A stretch of 64,000 nt of DNA from an uncultured Candidatus Rokubacteria bacterium (GTDB taxonomy: Bacteria; Methylomirabilota; Methylomirabilia; Rokubacteriales; DASRDR01). Where the stretch lies: contig CAVPSB010000032.1 of assembly GCA_963708025.1 (NCBI GenBank), forward strand, positions 64,001 through 128,000, read 5' to 3'. Shown here one piece after another: positions 51,691-63,713 of the stretch. A program made the translations under genes and the position numbers. The notes beneath the pieces are model-generated. The model searched no databases, was not told where the DNA came from, and saw only the letters and a list, made by a program, of their open reading frames with translations. How positions within the stretch are numbered: position 1 is the first letter of the stretch; every line of letters begins with the position of its first letter.

Positions 51691-52482
51691 CCGATTTCTC
51701 GCCAACCCCAGCCCCTGGGGCCGGCCGGCCGGCTCCCTTGCTCCCGGCCCCCGACCCGGCCCGCTGCCGGACCACCTCGTAAAGGAGCGCGGCGCCGGCG
51801 GCCGCGACGTTGAGGGAGGCCACCCGACCGGCGAGCGGAATCCGGGTCAGGGCGTCGCAGCGCCGGGCGACGAGCGGCCGGAGTCCCCGCCCCTCGCTGC
51901 CCAGAACCAGCGCCACCGGGCCCCGGAAGTCGATCCGCCAGGGTGGCGGCAGCTCGGCCGGGGTCGCGGAGGCCCCGACCACCCAGCACCGCTCGATCTG
52001 TAAGATCTCGATTGCCTGCACGAGGTTTCCGACTCGGGCGACGGGGAGATATTCGACCGCCCCGGCCGCCGCCTTGACGGCATGTCCGGTCAGCCCCACC
52101 GCCTGGTGGCGCAGCACGATCACCCCGTGCACCCCCAGCGCCTCCGCCGTCCGGAGCAGGTTGCCGAGGTTCCCGGGGTCCTGCACCTGGTCCAGGAGCA
52201 CGAAGAGGCTCGCCTCTCCCCTGGCCCGGGGCACCGCCAGCAGCTCCTCGAGCTCGGCGTAGGGCCGGGCCGCGACGCGGGCCACCACCCCCTGGTGGTG
52301 GGGGGTCCCGGCCAGGGCCGTGAGGGTGCCACGGGGCACCCGGGCCAGGCGGACCCCCGCCTGGCGGGCCAGGGCGACTACGTCGGCGCCCCGCCCCTCC
52401 GCCTCCGCGTCGATCAGGACCTCGTCCACCCTCCGGGCGCCGCCCCGGAGCGCTTCCAGGACGGGGTGGCGACCGTGGAGGA

Positions 52483-52510
<28 letters not shown>
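51665..52510 (-). CDS. rlmB: 23S rRNA Gm2251 methyltransferase (SpoU/TrmH family)
   Basis: HQGVVA, LDQVQDPGNLG, GSEGRGLR, SLNVA. Confidence 0.94.
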
Positions 52511-53901
<1,391 letters not shown>

Positions 53902-53952
53902 CGGCCGCCGCCCAGCGTGTCCATCAGGGTGGCGCCATCCGCGAGCGTCAGG

Positions 53953-54441
53953 CTAGGCACGAGCGACCTCGACCAGCGCCACGGCCATCGCCGCGACCCC
54001 CTCCTGTCGGCCCAGGGCGCCGAGCCGCTCGGCGTGCTTGGCCTTGATACTGATCCGGTCCACGGCCAGATCCAGGGTCTCGCCCAGCCGCTTCCGCATG
54101 GGCTCCAGGTACTCGGCCAGCCGGGGCGCCTCGGCCACCACGGTCGCGTCGACGTTCACGATCCGCCCTCCTTGGGCCCGGACCCGGGCCGCGACCTCGG
54201 CCAGCAGCGCCTGGCTCGAGATCCCCCGATAGCGCGGATCGCTGTCGGGAAAGTGCTGACCCAGGTCCCCCAGCGCGAGCGCGCCCAGGAGCGCGTCCGC
54301 GACCGCGTGGGTGAGGGCGTCGGCGTCGGAGTGCCCCCCGAGCCCACGCTCGGCCGGCACTTCCACTCCGCCCAGGATCAGTGGCCGGCCCCCGATGAAC
54401 GGGTGGACGTCGAAGCCGAAGCCCACCCGCGTCTCCGTCAC
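53953..54441 (-). CDS. ispF: MEcPP synthase
   Basis: G.GFDVH, GHSDAD, DLGQHFPD. Confidence 0.96.
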   Translation of the reverse strand: MTETRVGFGFDVHPFIGGRPLILGGVEVPAERGLGGHSDADALTHAVADALLGALALGDLGQHFPDSDPRYRGISSQALLAEVAARVRAQGGRIVNVDATVVAEAPRLAEYLEPMRKRLGETLDLAVDRISIKAKHAERLGALGRQEGVAAMAVALVEVARA

Positions 54442-55109
54442 CGCGGGCCTCTCCTCGCCAGGAGCGCCTCGGCGAGCGGCAGGTCGTCGGGCCGCGTGAT
54501 CTTCAGGTTGTCCGACCGCCCCGGGACCAGGCGGACCGGAACGCCGAGCCGCTCGACGAGCACGGCGTCGTCGGTCCCGGCGATGCCCTCGGCGACCGCC
54601 CGGCGGTGCGCCTCGCGCAGGACCTCGGCCCGGAACACCTGGGGCGTCTGGACGGCCCAGAGCCCGTCACGCTCCACGGTTTCCTTCACCCAGCCGCCGA
54701 CGCCACGCTTGATCGTCTCGCTGACCGGGAGGGCCGCGATGGCGGCGCCGTGCTGGCTGGCTTCGCCGACCACCCGCTCCACCAGTTCCGCGGTGACGCA
54801 GGGCCGGACCCCGTCGTGGACGAGGACCCACTCCACCTCGTCGGGCACCGCGGCAAGCCCGAGCCGGACCGACTCCTGGCGCTCCGCCCCGCCCGCCAGC
54901 ACCGCCCTGACCTTCGAGCACTCCGCCAGCCGGCGCCGCCAGTCGGCGACGTCCTCCGCCGGCACCGTGACCACGACCGCGTGCACGATCGGCGCGGCTT
55001 CCAGCACCTCGAGGGTCCAGCGCAGGACGGGCTGCCCGGCCAGGAGGAGGGCCTGCTTCTTCTGCCCCATGCGAAGGCCCTGGCCACCCGCCGGCACGAC
55101 CGCCCACAC
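54438..55109 (-). CDS. ispD: MEP cytidylyltransferase
   Basis: PAGGQG.RM, RQESV, VHDGVRP, QTPQVF, NLKIT. Confidence 0.95.
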   Translation of the reverse strand: MWAVVPAGGQGLRMGQKKQALLLAGQPVLRWTLEVLEAAPIVHAVVVTVPAEDVADWRRRLAECSKVRAVLAGGAERQESVRLGLAAVPDEVEWVLVHDGVRPCVTAELVERVVGEASQHGAAIAALPVSETIKRGVGGWVKETVERDGLWAVQTPQVFRAEVLREAHRRAVAEGIAGTDDAVLVERLGVPVRLVPGRSDNLKITRPDDLPLAEALLARRGPR

Positions 55110-55110
55110 G

Positions 55111-55248
55111 CTCAGTTTGGAACCTCCCGCCCACCCGATCTTTCGACGGCCTTCGGCCTTTGGCCCCCCTCCCCCACCGATGGACGGCCTTCGGCCTGTG
55201 GCTGGGGGGAGGGGGGGGCCGGAGCGACCATTCCTTCCCGTGTTCTCA
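55111..55248 (-). repeat. Family B element (two modules)
   Basis: Reverse complement closely resembles 13510-13649; begins at the PIN/TRAM gene TGA. Confidence 0.9.
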
Positions 55249-56322
55249 CCGGCGGCCTCCGTTGTCGTCGGCCGGACGCGTGAAGATCATCCGGCCGGCC
55301 GCGGTCTGGAGCACGGAGGTGACCGCGACGGTCACCGTCTGACCCAGGAACTTCTTGCCCTGGTCGATGACGACCATGGTGCCGTCCTCCAGGTAGCCGA
55401 CCCCCTGCCCGGCCTCCTTCCCTTCCCGAAGCACGTGGACGGACATGAGCTCGCCGGGGAGCACCACCGGCCGCAGCGCGTTCGCCAGCTCGTTGACGTT
55501 CAGGACGCGGACTCCGTGCAGCTCCGCCACCTTGTTCAGGTTGTAGTCGTTGGTGACGATCGTGCCGGATACCGCCCGGGCGGTCTCGATGAGGCGGCGG
55601 TCCACCTCCCGGATGTGGGGGAAATCCAGGTCGTGCAGCTCGACCCGGGCGTTCGGCATCCGCTGGAGCTTCTTCAGCACGTCGAGACCCCGGCGGCCAC
55701 GGTTCCGCTTCAGCGCGTCCGAGGAGTCCGCGATCTGGTGTAGCTCGCGCAGCACGTATTGAGGGATGAGCAACGTGCCCTCCAGGAAGCCCGTCTCGCA
55801 GACGTCCGCGATCCGCCCGTCGATGATGACGCTGGTGTCGAGGACCTTGTACTGCCGCTCGGGGGAGGGGGCCGATCTCGGGAAGATCGCCCGGGTCAGC
55901 CCACCCAGCTCCTCCTCGCGGCGGAGTGCGAAGACGACGCCCAGATAGGCGAGGAGCAGGGCCAGGAAGCCGCGTCCGGCCGTCGTGTCCACTTCCGGGA
56001 TGACGACGACCAGGGCCGGGCCCAGGATCTGGGCCAGCAGCATGCCGGCCACCGCGCCGAGGGCGCCCACGAACAGCCGCGGGAGCGGGATCTGCCGGGC
56101 CGCCTGCTCGAGCGCGAGGACGCCGAAGCCGGTGGCGACCCCGGCGACGAACCCGCCCAGTGCCCACGCCAGCCACGGCCCGCGCGGGTTCAGCGAGGCG
56201 ACGAGGAGATAGCCCCCGTACCCGACCAGCGTGACGAAGATCACGCTCCCGTGGGCGAAGCTCGGCTTCGGCCGCCGCTCGGGCGACTCTGGACGCTCGG
56301 GAGTCCCGGCTTCGGCCGTCAT
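55246..56322 (-). CDS. PIN/TRAM domain membrane protein (YacL-like)
   Basis: LDTSVIIDGRI, RNRGRRGL, TNDYNLNKV, GYLEDGTMVV. Confidence 0.93.
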   Translation of the reverse strand: MTAEAGTPERPESPERRPKPSFAHGSVIFVTLVGYGGYLLVASLNPRGPWLAWALGGFVAGVATGFGVLALEQAARQIPLPRLFVGALGAVAGMLLAQILGPALVVVIPEVDTTAGRGFLALLLAYLGVVFALRREEELGGLTRAIFPRSAPSPERQYKVLDTSVIIDGRIADVCETGFLEGTLLIPQYVLRELHQIADSSDALKRNRGRRGLDVLKKLQRMPNARVELHDLDFPHIREVDRRLIETARAVSGTIVTNDYNLNKVAELHGVRVLNVNELANALRPVVLPGELMSVHVLREGKEAGQGVGYLEDGTMVVIDQGKKFLGQTVTVAVTSVLQTAAGRMIFTRPADDNGGRR

Positions 56323-57705
56323 CCGACCACCAGCCCCAGGGCTTCCTCGAGCGTCGCCACGCCCCGCACCTCCAGCGGGTATCGGGTCCCCGCGACCAGG
56401 CTCGAGCGCGGCACCACCGCGCTCGTGAAGCCGAGCGCCGCCGCCTCGCCGAGACGGGGCTCCAGCCCGCCGATGCCCCGGACCTCGCCGGTCAGCCCGA
56501 CCTCGCCGAGGAGCACCAGGTCGGTCGCCACCGGCCGCTCGGTGTAGCTGGAGGCCGCGGCGACGACGATGCCCAGGTCCGCCGCCGGCTCCTGGCAGCG
56601 CGCGCCGCCCGCCACGTTGACGAAGACGTCCTGGTTCTGGAGCGGGAAGCCGGCCCGCTTCTCCAGGACGGCCAGCAGGAGACAGACCCGGTTGTAGTCG
56701 GCGCCGAGCACGGTTCGCCGGGGGGTCCCGAAGTGGGCCGGACTCACCAGGGCCTGCAGCTCCAGGAGGAGCGGCCGCGTCCCCTCCAGCGCCGCCACGA
56801 TCACGGAGCCCGGCGCCCCCCGGGGGCGCTCGGCCAGGAAGACCGCGGACGGGTTGGCAACCTGGGCCAGGCCCCGACCGGTCATCTCGAAGACGCCGAT
56901 CTCGTTCGTCGAACCGAAGCGGTTCTTCACCGCCCGCAGCACCCGATAGGTCGCGTGCCGCTCGCCCTCGAAGTAGAGCACCGTGTTGAACGAGGTGCTC
57001 GAGCACGCGGGGCCCCGCCAGCGCGCCCTCCTTCGTCACGTGGCCGACCAGGAAGACGGCGAGGCCGCGGGATTTCGCCAGCATCATGAGCCGCGCACCC
57101 GACTCCCGCACCTGGCTCACGCTGCCCGGAGCGGACTCGAGCGTCTCGAGGTAGACAGTCTGGATCGAGTCCACCATCAGGACGCGCGGCGCGAGGGCGT
57201 CCACCTGGGCCTCGATCGCCTCCACCGCCGTCTCGGCCAGGAGGAAGAGGTTCTTCGTTCCCGGCGCCCCGACGCCGAGCCGGTCGGCCCGCAGCTTCAC
57301 CTGCGCCACCGATTCCTCGCCGGAGACGTAGAGCACGGGGCCGGCGACCTCGGCGAGCGCATGGCAGGCCTGTGTGAGCAATGTGCTCTTGCCGATGCCG
57401 GGATCTCCGCCGATGAGGACCAGCGAGCCGGGGACGAGGCCGCCGCCCAGGACGCGGTCCAGCTCGGCGATCCCGGTCCGGATCCGCTCGGCGTCCCCCG
57501 ACGAGACCTCCCCGAGGGGGACCGGGCGGCTGCCGGCCGCGACCCCGCCGGCGGCGCGGGCGCCGCCCCGCCGGAACCCACCTGGCGCGGGCGCGCTCCG
57601 CTCCTCCACCATCGTGTTGAACTCGCCGCAATCGGGGCAGCGACCGTACCACTTCTGGGCCTGAGAGCCGCAGGCCTGGCAGCGGAAGACCGACGTCGCC
57701 TTCAC
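56319..57705 (-). CDS. radA: DNA repair protein RadA/Sms, frameshifted near 56985-56992
   Basis: C4 Zn finger, GDPGIGKST, AGPRVLEHLV then a frame change, then LYFEG..KNRFG. Confidence 0.93.
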
Positions 57706-59399
57706 TTCGGGCTCTCGCCGCGGCCGATGGCGGCCCGGATCAGGGCGCGGAGCAGAACGCTTCGCTGCGCCCCCTCCAGGAACGCCGCCAGGTTCTCGTA
57801 GACCGTCGGATCCTGGATGAGCCCCCCGATCGTCCCCTCGCCCGCCTCGACCTTCCCGGTGATCTCCTTCAGGTTCGCCATCGCCGCCCGGAGGTCGGCA
57901 AGCGCCTCGCCGAGCCGGGCGTCTCCCGCCAGGGAGTCGGCCAGCCGGCCGAGCCCGGCCATCCCCTCGGCGAGCTGTCGGGCCGCCCCTTCGGTGCCGG
58001 GCTGGGTCAGGCCCCCGATGAGCCCCTCGCCGCGCGCCACCCGGCCCGTCACCTCGCGGAAGTGGCGCGCCGTCTCCGCGAGGTCGGCGACGATCTGCTT
58101 GCCGGCCGGGTCGTAGAGGAGCGCCTGGAGAAGGCCGTCCGCGTCGCGCGCCCGCTCCACGGCCTGGGCCAGGCCCTCGGCCGCCGTGGCGACCCGCTTG
58201 ACGGCCCGTGCCGCGTCCGGATCGCGAAGGAGCACGCCCAGCGCCCCGTCTCCGCGCTCGACGGCGGCGAACAGCGAGCCGGCCCGGCCGAGCAGCCCGT
58301 CGAGGTTCTGGACGAGCTTGCTCTCCCCGTAGATCAAGGAGTGGAGCAGGCCCTGCCCCTCCTCCACCTGGCGCACCACCCGGTTCACGCGCTCCATGGC
58401 GCCCCGGGCCTCGGCCGCGGCCTGGCGAGTCTCGTCGACCAGCCCGGCGGTCTTCGGGTCCGCCAGCAGGCCGTCGAAGCGCTTGACGGTCTCGGTCACC
58501 TGGCGGAGAGCCCCGGCCGCATCGGCGACGGCCTCGCCGAGTCGCGGGTCGTAGATCAGCCGGTGCAGGAGGCCCTGCCCCTCCTCCACCTGGCGCACCA
58601 CCCGGTTCACGCGTTCCACGGCGCCCCGAGCCTCGGTCACCGCCTGGCGGGCCTCGTCGACCAGCCCGGCGGTCTTCGGGTCCGCCAACAGGCCGTCGAA
58701 GCGCTTGACGGTCTCGGTCACCTGGCGGAGAGCCCCGGCCGCATCGGCGACGGCCTCGCCGAGTCGCGGGTCGTAGATCAGCCGGTGCAGGAGGCCCTGG
58801 CCCTTCTCGATCTCCGCCGTCAGCGTCCGGACCGACCGGACGGTCTCGACCAGGTCGGGGCCGGCCGTGGTCTCGGTCACCTTGGCAACCGTCGTCTTCA
58901 GCTCGTTCGAGAGATCGACCAAGTTTCGCACGAGCTCCGTACCCTGCTTCATGAGCCGGTTGGTGTCGAACGGCTCCTCGGTCCGGATCTGGGCGCCCTC
59001 CCCGAGCACCCGGGCCTCGGGGCCGCCGAGGGTGACCTCGACGATCTTGTCACCCAGGAGCCCGAGGGTCTCGATCCGGGCCACGGAGTCCTCGCGGACC
59101 CGGTTCTGGACGCGGCGGACGAGGGTCAGCTCGACCTGGACGTTCCGGTCGATGGACTCGGGCAGCCGGATGGCGGTGACGCGCCCGACGGGGACGCCGG
59201 CCAGCCGGACCGTCGCCCCCTCGATCAGCCCGCCGACCTGGGTGAACCCGGCGAGGAGCCGGTACTGGCGCTCGAACATCCCGGACTGGCGGCCAAGGAA
59301 GTAGATGAGGCCGACCAGCACGGCGAGGCCGGCGAGGATGAAGGCCCCGACCCGGAGCTGCAGGAGCGTGCGGCTCGTACCCGACTGGGTCGGCTCCAT
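57702..59399 (-). CDS. MCE/MlaD family protein with long helical repeats
   Basis: N-terminal TM; GL..GATVRLAGVPVG.V, GLLGDK.V; internal 74-aa duplication. Confidence 0.9.
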   Translation of the reverse strand: MEPTQSGTSRTLLQLRVGAFILAGLAVLVGLIYFLGRQSGMFERQYRLLAGFTQVGGLIEGATVRLAGVPVGRVTAIRLPESIDRNVQVELTLVRRVQNRVREDSVARIETLGLLGDKIVEVTLGGPEARVLGEGAQIRTEEPFDTNRLMKQGTELVRNLVDLSNELKTTVAKVTETTAGPDLVETVRSVRTLTAEIEKGQGLLHRLIYDPRLGEAVADAAGALRQVTETVKRFDGLLADPKTAGLVDEARQAVTEARGAVERVNRVVRQVEEGQGLLHRLIYDPRLGEAVADAAGALRQVTETVKRFDGLLADPKTAGLVDETRQAAAEARGAMERVNRVVRQVEEGQGLLHSLIYGESKLVQNLDGLLGRAGSLFAAVERGDGALGVLLRDPDAARAVKRVATAAEGLAQAVERARDADGLLQALLYDPAGKQIVADLAETARHFREVTGRVARGEGLIGGLTQPGTEGAARQLAEGMAGLGRLADSLAGDARLGEALADLRAAMANLKEITGKVEAGEGTIGGLIQDPTVYENLAAFLEGAQRSVLLRALIRAAIGRGESPK

Positions 59400-59404
59400 T
59401 AATC

Positions 59405-59645
59405 GGAACCCCCCCCACCCCCGTCCCCTCCCCACCTGCCGGGGGGAGGGGGGCCGGCCCCTGCGGTCTCCCGGCTTCCCGCGCCAGGCGACTCTATCGC
59501 GGTCCTACGCCCGCCCTCGGAACCCCCACCCCCGTCCCCTCCCGTCTGCTGGACGGCCTCCGGCCTGTGGCCGGGGGGAGGGGGGCCGGCCCCTGCGACT
59601 TCCCAGCTACCCACGCCAGGCGATTGCATCACGGTGTTACGCCTG
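59405..59645. repeat. Family D tandem duplication (about 110-125 bp units) with CCCCTCCC/GGGAGGGG stem
   Basis: Two related units; the second carries a GGCC-TCC-GGCC module in the loop. Confidence 0.85.
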
Positions 59646-60383
59646 CTGGCGCCCGGCGAGGAAGGCCTGCACCTCGCTCTGGCGGGACTCGAAGATGGCC
59701 TCGGGTGAGCCGACCTGGACGATCCGACCTTGGACCAGGATGGCGATCAGGTCGGAGACGCTCCGGGCGAACTCGAGGTCGTGGGTCACGATCATCGAGG
59801 TCTCGGTGACGCCCCGCGCCTTCAGCCCCTCCACCAGCTCCGTGATGAGCCGGGCGTTCGTCGGGTCCAGCCCCGCCGTCGGCTCGTCGTAGAGGACCAG
59901 CTCGGGCTCCAGCACGATGGCCCGGGCGATCCCCACCCGCTTCCGCATCCCGCCCGACAGCTCGGCGGGCAGCTTCCGGTCGATGTCCCGCAGCCCGACC
60001 AGGGCCAGCTTCGCATGGACCCGCTCGGCCATCTCGGTCTCCGCGAGCCGGGTGTGCTCCCGGAGCGGGAAGGCCACGTTCTCGTACACCGTCAGGGAAT
60101 CGAAGAGGGCCGCGCCCTGGAACACGAAGCCCATGCGCCGCCGAAGCGGGAGCAGCGCCTCCTCCCGCAACGGCGTCGTGTCCACGCCGAGCGTCTCGAT
60201 CCGCCCCCGGTCCGGCTTGATGAGGCCAGCGGTCAGCCGCAGTGTCACCGTCTTGCCGGAGCCACTCCCCCCCATGATGGTCAGCGTCGTCCCCCGCGGG
60301 ACCTCGAGGTCGAGGCCCCGTAGCACGGGATGCCCGTCGAACGACTTCCCGACCTGCTCGAACCGGACGGCGGCGTCACCCAT
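59637..60383 (-). CDS. mlaF: MlaF-like ABC ATPase
   Basis: GGSGSGKT, FQGAALFDSL, ELSGGMRKRV, DEPTAGLDP. Confidence 0.92.
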   Translation of the reverse strand: MGDAAVRFEQVGKSFDGHPVLRGLDLEVPRGTTLTIMGGSGSGKTVTLRLTAGLIKPDRGRIETLGVDTTPLREEALLPLRRRMGFVFQGAALFDSLTVYENVAFPLREHTRLAETEMAERVHAKLALVGLRDIDRKLPAELSGGMRKRVGIARAIVLEPELVLYDEPTAGLDPTNARLITELVEGLKARGVTETSMIVTHDLEFARSVSDLIAILVQGRIVQVGSPEAIFESRQSEVQAFLAGRQQA

Positions 60384-60405
60384 GCGCCTCCCACCCGATG
60401 CCCAG

Positions 60406-61183
60406 TCAGAGCAGCAAGAAGATCTTCGTCAGGAAGAAGTCGGCGATGATGACCGCGACCGAGACCTGGACCACGGTCGCGGTCGTGGCCCGCCCGAGCC
60501 CCTCGGTTCCCCCGGTCATGTCCAGGCCGTTGTAGGAGCCGATCAAGGTCACCAGGAGCCCGAAGAAGACGCTCTTCGCGATGCCCGTCATCAGGTCCCG
60601 GATCACCACCCAGTAGAAGATGGTGTTCCAGTAGAGATACATGTCGATCTGGCGCTCGTAGACGGCGATGAGCATGCCGCCGACCAGGCCCACGAAGTCG
60701 GCCAGCGCGGTCAGGAGCGGGAAGGCCAGGAGCGCGGCCCAGACGCGGGGGACGATGAGGCGCTTCACGTAGTTGACGCCGATCGCCCGCAGGGCGTCGA
60801 TCTGCTCGGTCACCTTCATCGAGCCCAGCTCGGCCGTGATTCCCGAGGCCACCTTGCCGCCGACCAGGATCGCGGTCAGCACCGGTCCCAGCTCCCGCAC
60901 GATCGAGAGCGCGACCAGGGGACCGACGTAGAGGTCGGCACCGAACCGGGAGAGGTAGACCGCCGCCTGGAGGGCGAAGACCATCCCGGTGAACATGGCG
61001 GCGGTATTGGCCACCAGGAGCGAGCGGACTCCGATGCTGTCGAACCCGGAGACGACGAGCGGGAGGTACCGGCGCGGGAGCCACGCGTTCCGGCCGACGT
61101 CCCAGGCCAGGAGCCCGAGGCCCCCGTAGTAGGACGCCAGCCGGCGGCCGCGCGCCCCCAGCAGGTCCCAGAGCCTCCGTCAT
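60406..61183 (-). CDS. mlaE: MlaE-like ABC permease (start out of frame or non-canonical)
   Basis: RELGPVLTA, AELGSMKVTEQIDAL, GRATT; frame open to 61179. Confidence 0.9.
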
Positions 61184-61215
61184 GGATTCTCCGGCAGGGG
61201 GGGAGTGCCAAACAT

Positions 61216-61258
61216 CCATCTCGCCGGGACGCCTCGCGCCTGCGGCGCTCGGGACGTC
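61216..61258 (+). repeat. Family E hairpin
   Basis: CCATCTcgcCGgGACGCCTCGcgCCTGCGGCgCTCGGGACGTC resembles the reverse complement of 2697-2739. Confidence 0.7.
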
Positions 61259-61290
61259 CCTTCCTTCCGGCGGCCCCCCCTGGACCCCCC

Positions 61291-61468
61291 CACTTGGCTT
61301 GCTCGTTGCGCGTGGTGCGGGCACTCCATGGGCGGTTCAGCGGTTGCCGCACTCACCGGTGTCCTCCGGTCGGCGCGAAGCGCCGCTTGGCGTGCGCCGG
61401 GCGCGTGGGGTGGGCCGTCCATCGGCGGTTCAGCCGTTGTCGCCTTCACCGGTGTTCCTCGGTCAGCT
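61291..61468. repeat. Diverged tandem duplication (about 93 bp unit) including the 3' end of the lipoprotein gene
   Basis: TCCAT.GGCGGTTCAGC.GTTG.CGC..TCACCGGTGT occurs twice, about 93 bp apart. Confidence 0.75.
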
Positions 61469-61964
61469 GGAAGCTCGCCGTGAAGCGCTCGAAGTCTTCG
61501 GCCACCACCGGCAGCCGCTCCGGTGGCGCCACGACGACCAGGTCGTAGACGCAGCCGCGGCCCTGGAGCGTCACCGCCCCCACCCCGACCGGCAACCCGT
61601 CGAGCCGCGCGGTGAAGCGGCTCCGGACGCCGCGCAGCCCCGCGATCTCGACCGGCGCCTCGTCCACCTTCTGCACCTCGCGGAGCCCGAATCGCAAATG
61701 CCGCGCCAGGACCGGGAGGGTTCGCTGAGGGACCTTTCCCCCGCAGGTGCCGTGGGCCATCAGCCCCGCCTCGGTCGCCGGCTGGCGCAGCGCCACGTCG
61801 GCGTCCGTGTCGATCCGCTCCCAGCCGGGGGGAGGGACCACGCGGTACGCCTTGCCCGAAACCACGATGGGCCGTCCCTCGGTCCCCGGGCGCCCCGCCG
61901 CGCAGCCGATCACGAGGCCGGCCACTCCCGCCACCGCGACCATTCGCCCGAATCCCCCTGCCAT
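61446..61964 (-). CDS. Putative lipoprotein, unknown function
   Basis: Hydrophobic leader ending LVIGC; in operon with mlaEFD; start uncertain. Confidence 0.65.
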   Translation of the reverse strand: MAGGFGRMVAVAGVAGLVIGCAAGRPGTEGRPIVVSGKAYRVVPPPGWERIDTDADVALRQPATEAGLMAHGTCGGKVPQRTLPVLARHLRFGLREVQKVDEAPVEIAGLRGVRSRFTARLDGLPVGVGAVTLQGRGCVYDLVVVAPPERLPVVAEDFERFTASFQLTEEHR

Positions 61965-61982
61965 CCGCCCAGGACCAGCGGC

Positions 61983-62161
61983 GGGGCCGATGAGCGTCGC
62001 ATCGCGTCGTCGTTCGGACGGCCTTCGGCCTGTGGGGTCGTCGCCGATCCTCGGCGTACTCGGAGTACGCCTGCGGTCGGCGACTCCCTGCGTCGATTGG
62101 ACGGCCTTCGGCCTGGGGCGGACGGCCTTCGGCCTTTGGGCGCTGCTCGCTCCTCGGCCCC
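61983..62161 (-). repeat. Family A element (reverse orientation, three modules)
   Basis: GGGGCCGAgGAGCG...CGCTCaTCGGCCCC; shares flanking CATGGCAGATGAGTC with copy 1 (477-491 and 62176-62190). Confidence 0.9.
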
Positions 62162-62300
62162 ATCCCCGAAGACCTGACTCATCTGCCATGAACTGGCGGT
62201 TCCAAGGAACTCGGTCGGGCCGCGGGAGCACAGCGCTCGGCCCCCGGACCCCTCCGGCTCTTCCGTTGCCACTGGTTTCCGGACGCCCGTTCACAGGCTC

Positions 62301-62936
62301 TCACGAGGCGTCGGGCCGGTGGCGCCGCGCCAGCTCGGCGAAGACGCGGCGAACCGGGATGCCGCGCGCGCCCAGCAGGACCAGGGTGTGGAACCAGAGG
62401 TCCGCCACCTCCGCCACCAGCCGGTCCGGGGACTCGGTCGTGGCGGCGACGATGACCTCCGCAGACTCCTCGCCGATCTTCTTCAGAAGGCCGGGGTCGC
62501 CGGCCCCCAGGAGCTTCGAGACATACGAGCCCTCCCGGGGCTCGGCCCGACGTGATTCGATCACCCGCTCCACCGTCTCCAGGATCGCCGGCCCGGCCGT
62601 GGGGGCCGCGGGATCGGGGCCCGTCCCGCCCACCCGGGTGAAGAAGCACGTCCGGCTCCCGGTGTGGCACGCCACGCCCTCCTGGTGGACCAGGACGAGC
62701 AGGGTGTCCCGATCGCAGTCGGCGTAGACCGCCGTCACGTGCTGCCGGTGGCCCGACGTCTCCCCCTTTTCCCAGGGCGCCTGACGGGAGCGTGACCAGA
62801 AGTGCGTGCGCCCGCTCTCCAGCGTCTTCCGCAGGGCCTCCTCGTTCATCCAGGCGACCATCAGCACCTCGCCGGTCTCGGCCTCCTGGACCACGGCCGG
62901 GACGAGGCCGTCGAACCCGAAGGCGACCTGGGTCAC
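62301..62936 (-). CDS. hisI: Bifunctional PR-AMP cyclohydrolase/PR-ATP pyrophosphatase
   Basis: KGETSG, DCDRD, ACHTG..TCF, KKIGEE. Confidence 0.96.
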   Translation of the reverse strand: MTQVAFGFDGLVPAVVQEAETGEVLMVAWMNEEALRKTLESGRTHFWSRSRQAPWEKGETSGHRQHVTAVYADCDRDTLLVLVHQEGVACHTGSRTCFFTRVGGTGPDPAAPTAGPAILETVERVIESRRAEPREGSYVSKLLGAGDPGLLKKIGEESAEVIVAATTESPDRLVAEVADLWFHTLVLLGARGIPVRRVFAELARRHRPDAS

Positions 62937-63703
62937 GCCGCCCGCTCCTCCAGCCGGATCGGGACCCCGCGCTCACGCAGGTACGCCTTCGCCTCGGCGA
63001 TCCGGTGCTCACCGAAGTGGAAGATCGAGGCGGCCAGCGCCGCATCGGCCCGACCTGCGGTCAGAACCTCGTGGAGGTGCGCCAGGGTCCCAGCCCCGCC
63101 CGACGCGACGACCGGCACCGGAACCTCCGTCGAGACGGCGGCCGTCAGCTCGAGGTCGTAGCCGTCCCGCGTCCCGTCCCGGTCCATGCTCGTGAGCAGG
63201 ATCTCGCCGGCGCCGAGCGCCGCGGCCTCCCGCGCCCAGGCCACGGCGTCGCGCGCCGCCGGCCGCCGGCCGCCGTGGGTGTAGACCTCGAAGCGCGCGC
63301 CGTGTCGCTTGGCGTCGATCGCCACCACGATGCACTGGCTGCCGAAGCGCTCGGCCGCCTCCCGGATGAGGTCCGGCCGGGCGAGCGCGGCGGTGTTGAC
63401 CGACACCTTGTCGGCTCCGGCGCGGAGCAGCGTGCGGATGTCGTCCAGGCTCCGGACCCCGCCGCCGACGGTCAGGGGCATATAGATGGCCTCCGCCGTC
63501 CGGCGGACGACATCGAGCATGGTGGCCCGCTCCTCGTGGGAGGCGGTGATGTCGAGGAAGACCAGCTCGTCGGCACCCTGCCGGTCGTAGGCGACCGCCG
63601 CCTCCACGGGATCCCCCGCGTCGGCGAGGTCCACGAAGCGGACGCCCTTGACGACGCGGCCCTCCCTGACGTCGAGGCAGGGGATCACGCGCTTGGCCAG
63701 CAT
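62933..63703 (-). CDS. hisF: Imidazole glycerol phosphate synthase cyclase subunit
   Basis: [32 protein letters not shown]. Confidence 0.98.
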   Translation of the reverse strand: MLAKRVIPCLDVREGRVVKGVRFVDLADAGDPVEAAVAYDRQGADELVFLDITASHEERATMLDVVRRTAEAIYMPLTVGGGVRSLDDIRTLLRAGADKVSVNTAALARPDLIREAAERFGSQCIVVAIDAKRHGARFEVYTHGGRRPAARDAVAWAREAAALGAGEILLTSMDRDGTRDGYDLELTAAVSTEVPVPVVASGGAGTLAHLHEVLTAGRADAALAASIFHFGEHRIAEAKAYLRERGVPIRLEERAA

Positions 63704-63713
63704 GACCGCGCCC

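Noticed and set aside
55246-57705. 819-aa RadA-PIN/TRAM fusion
   Set aside because: The middle part is an off-frame translation of the radA C-half caused by a 1-bp insertion.
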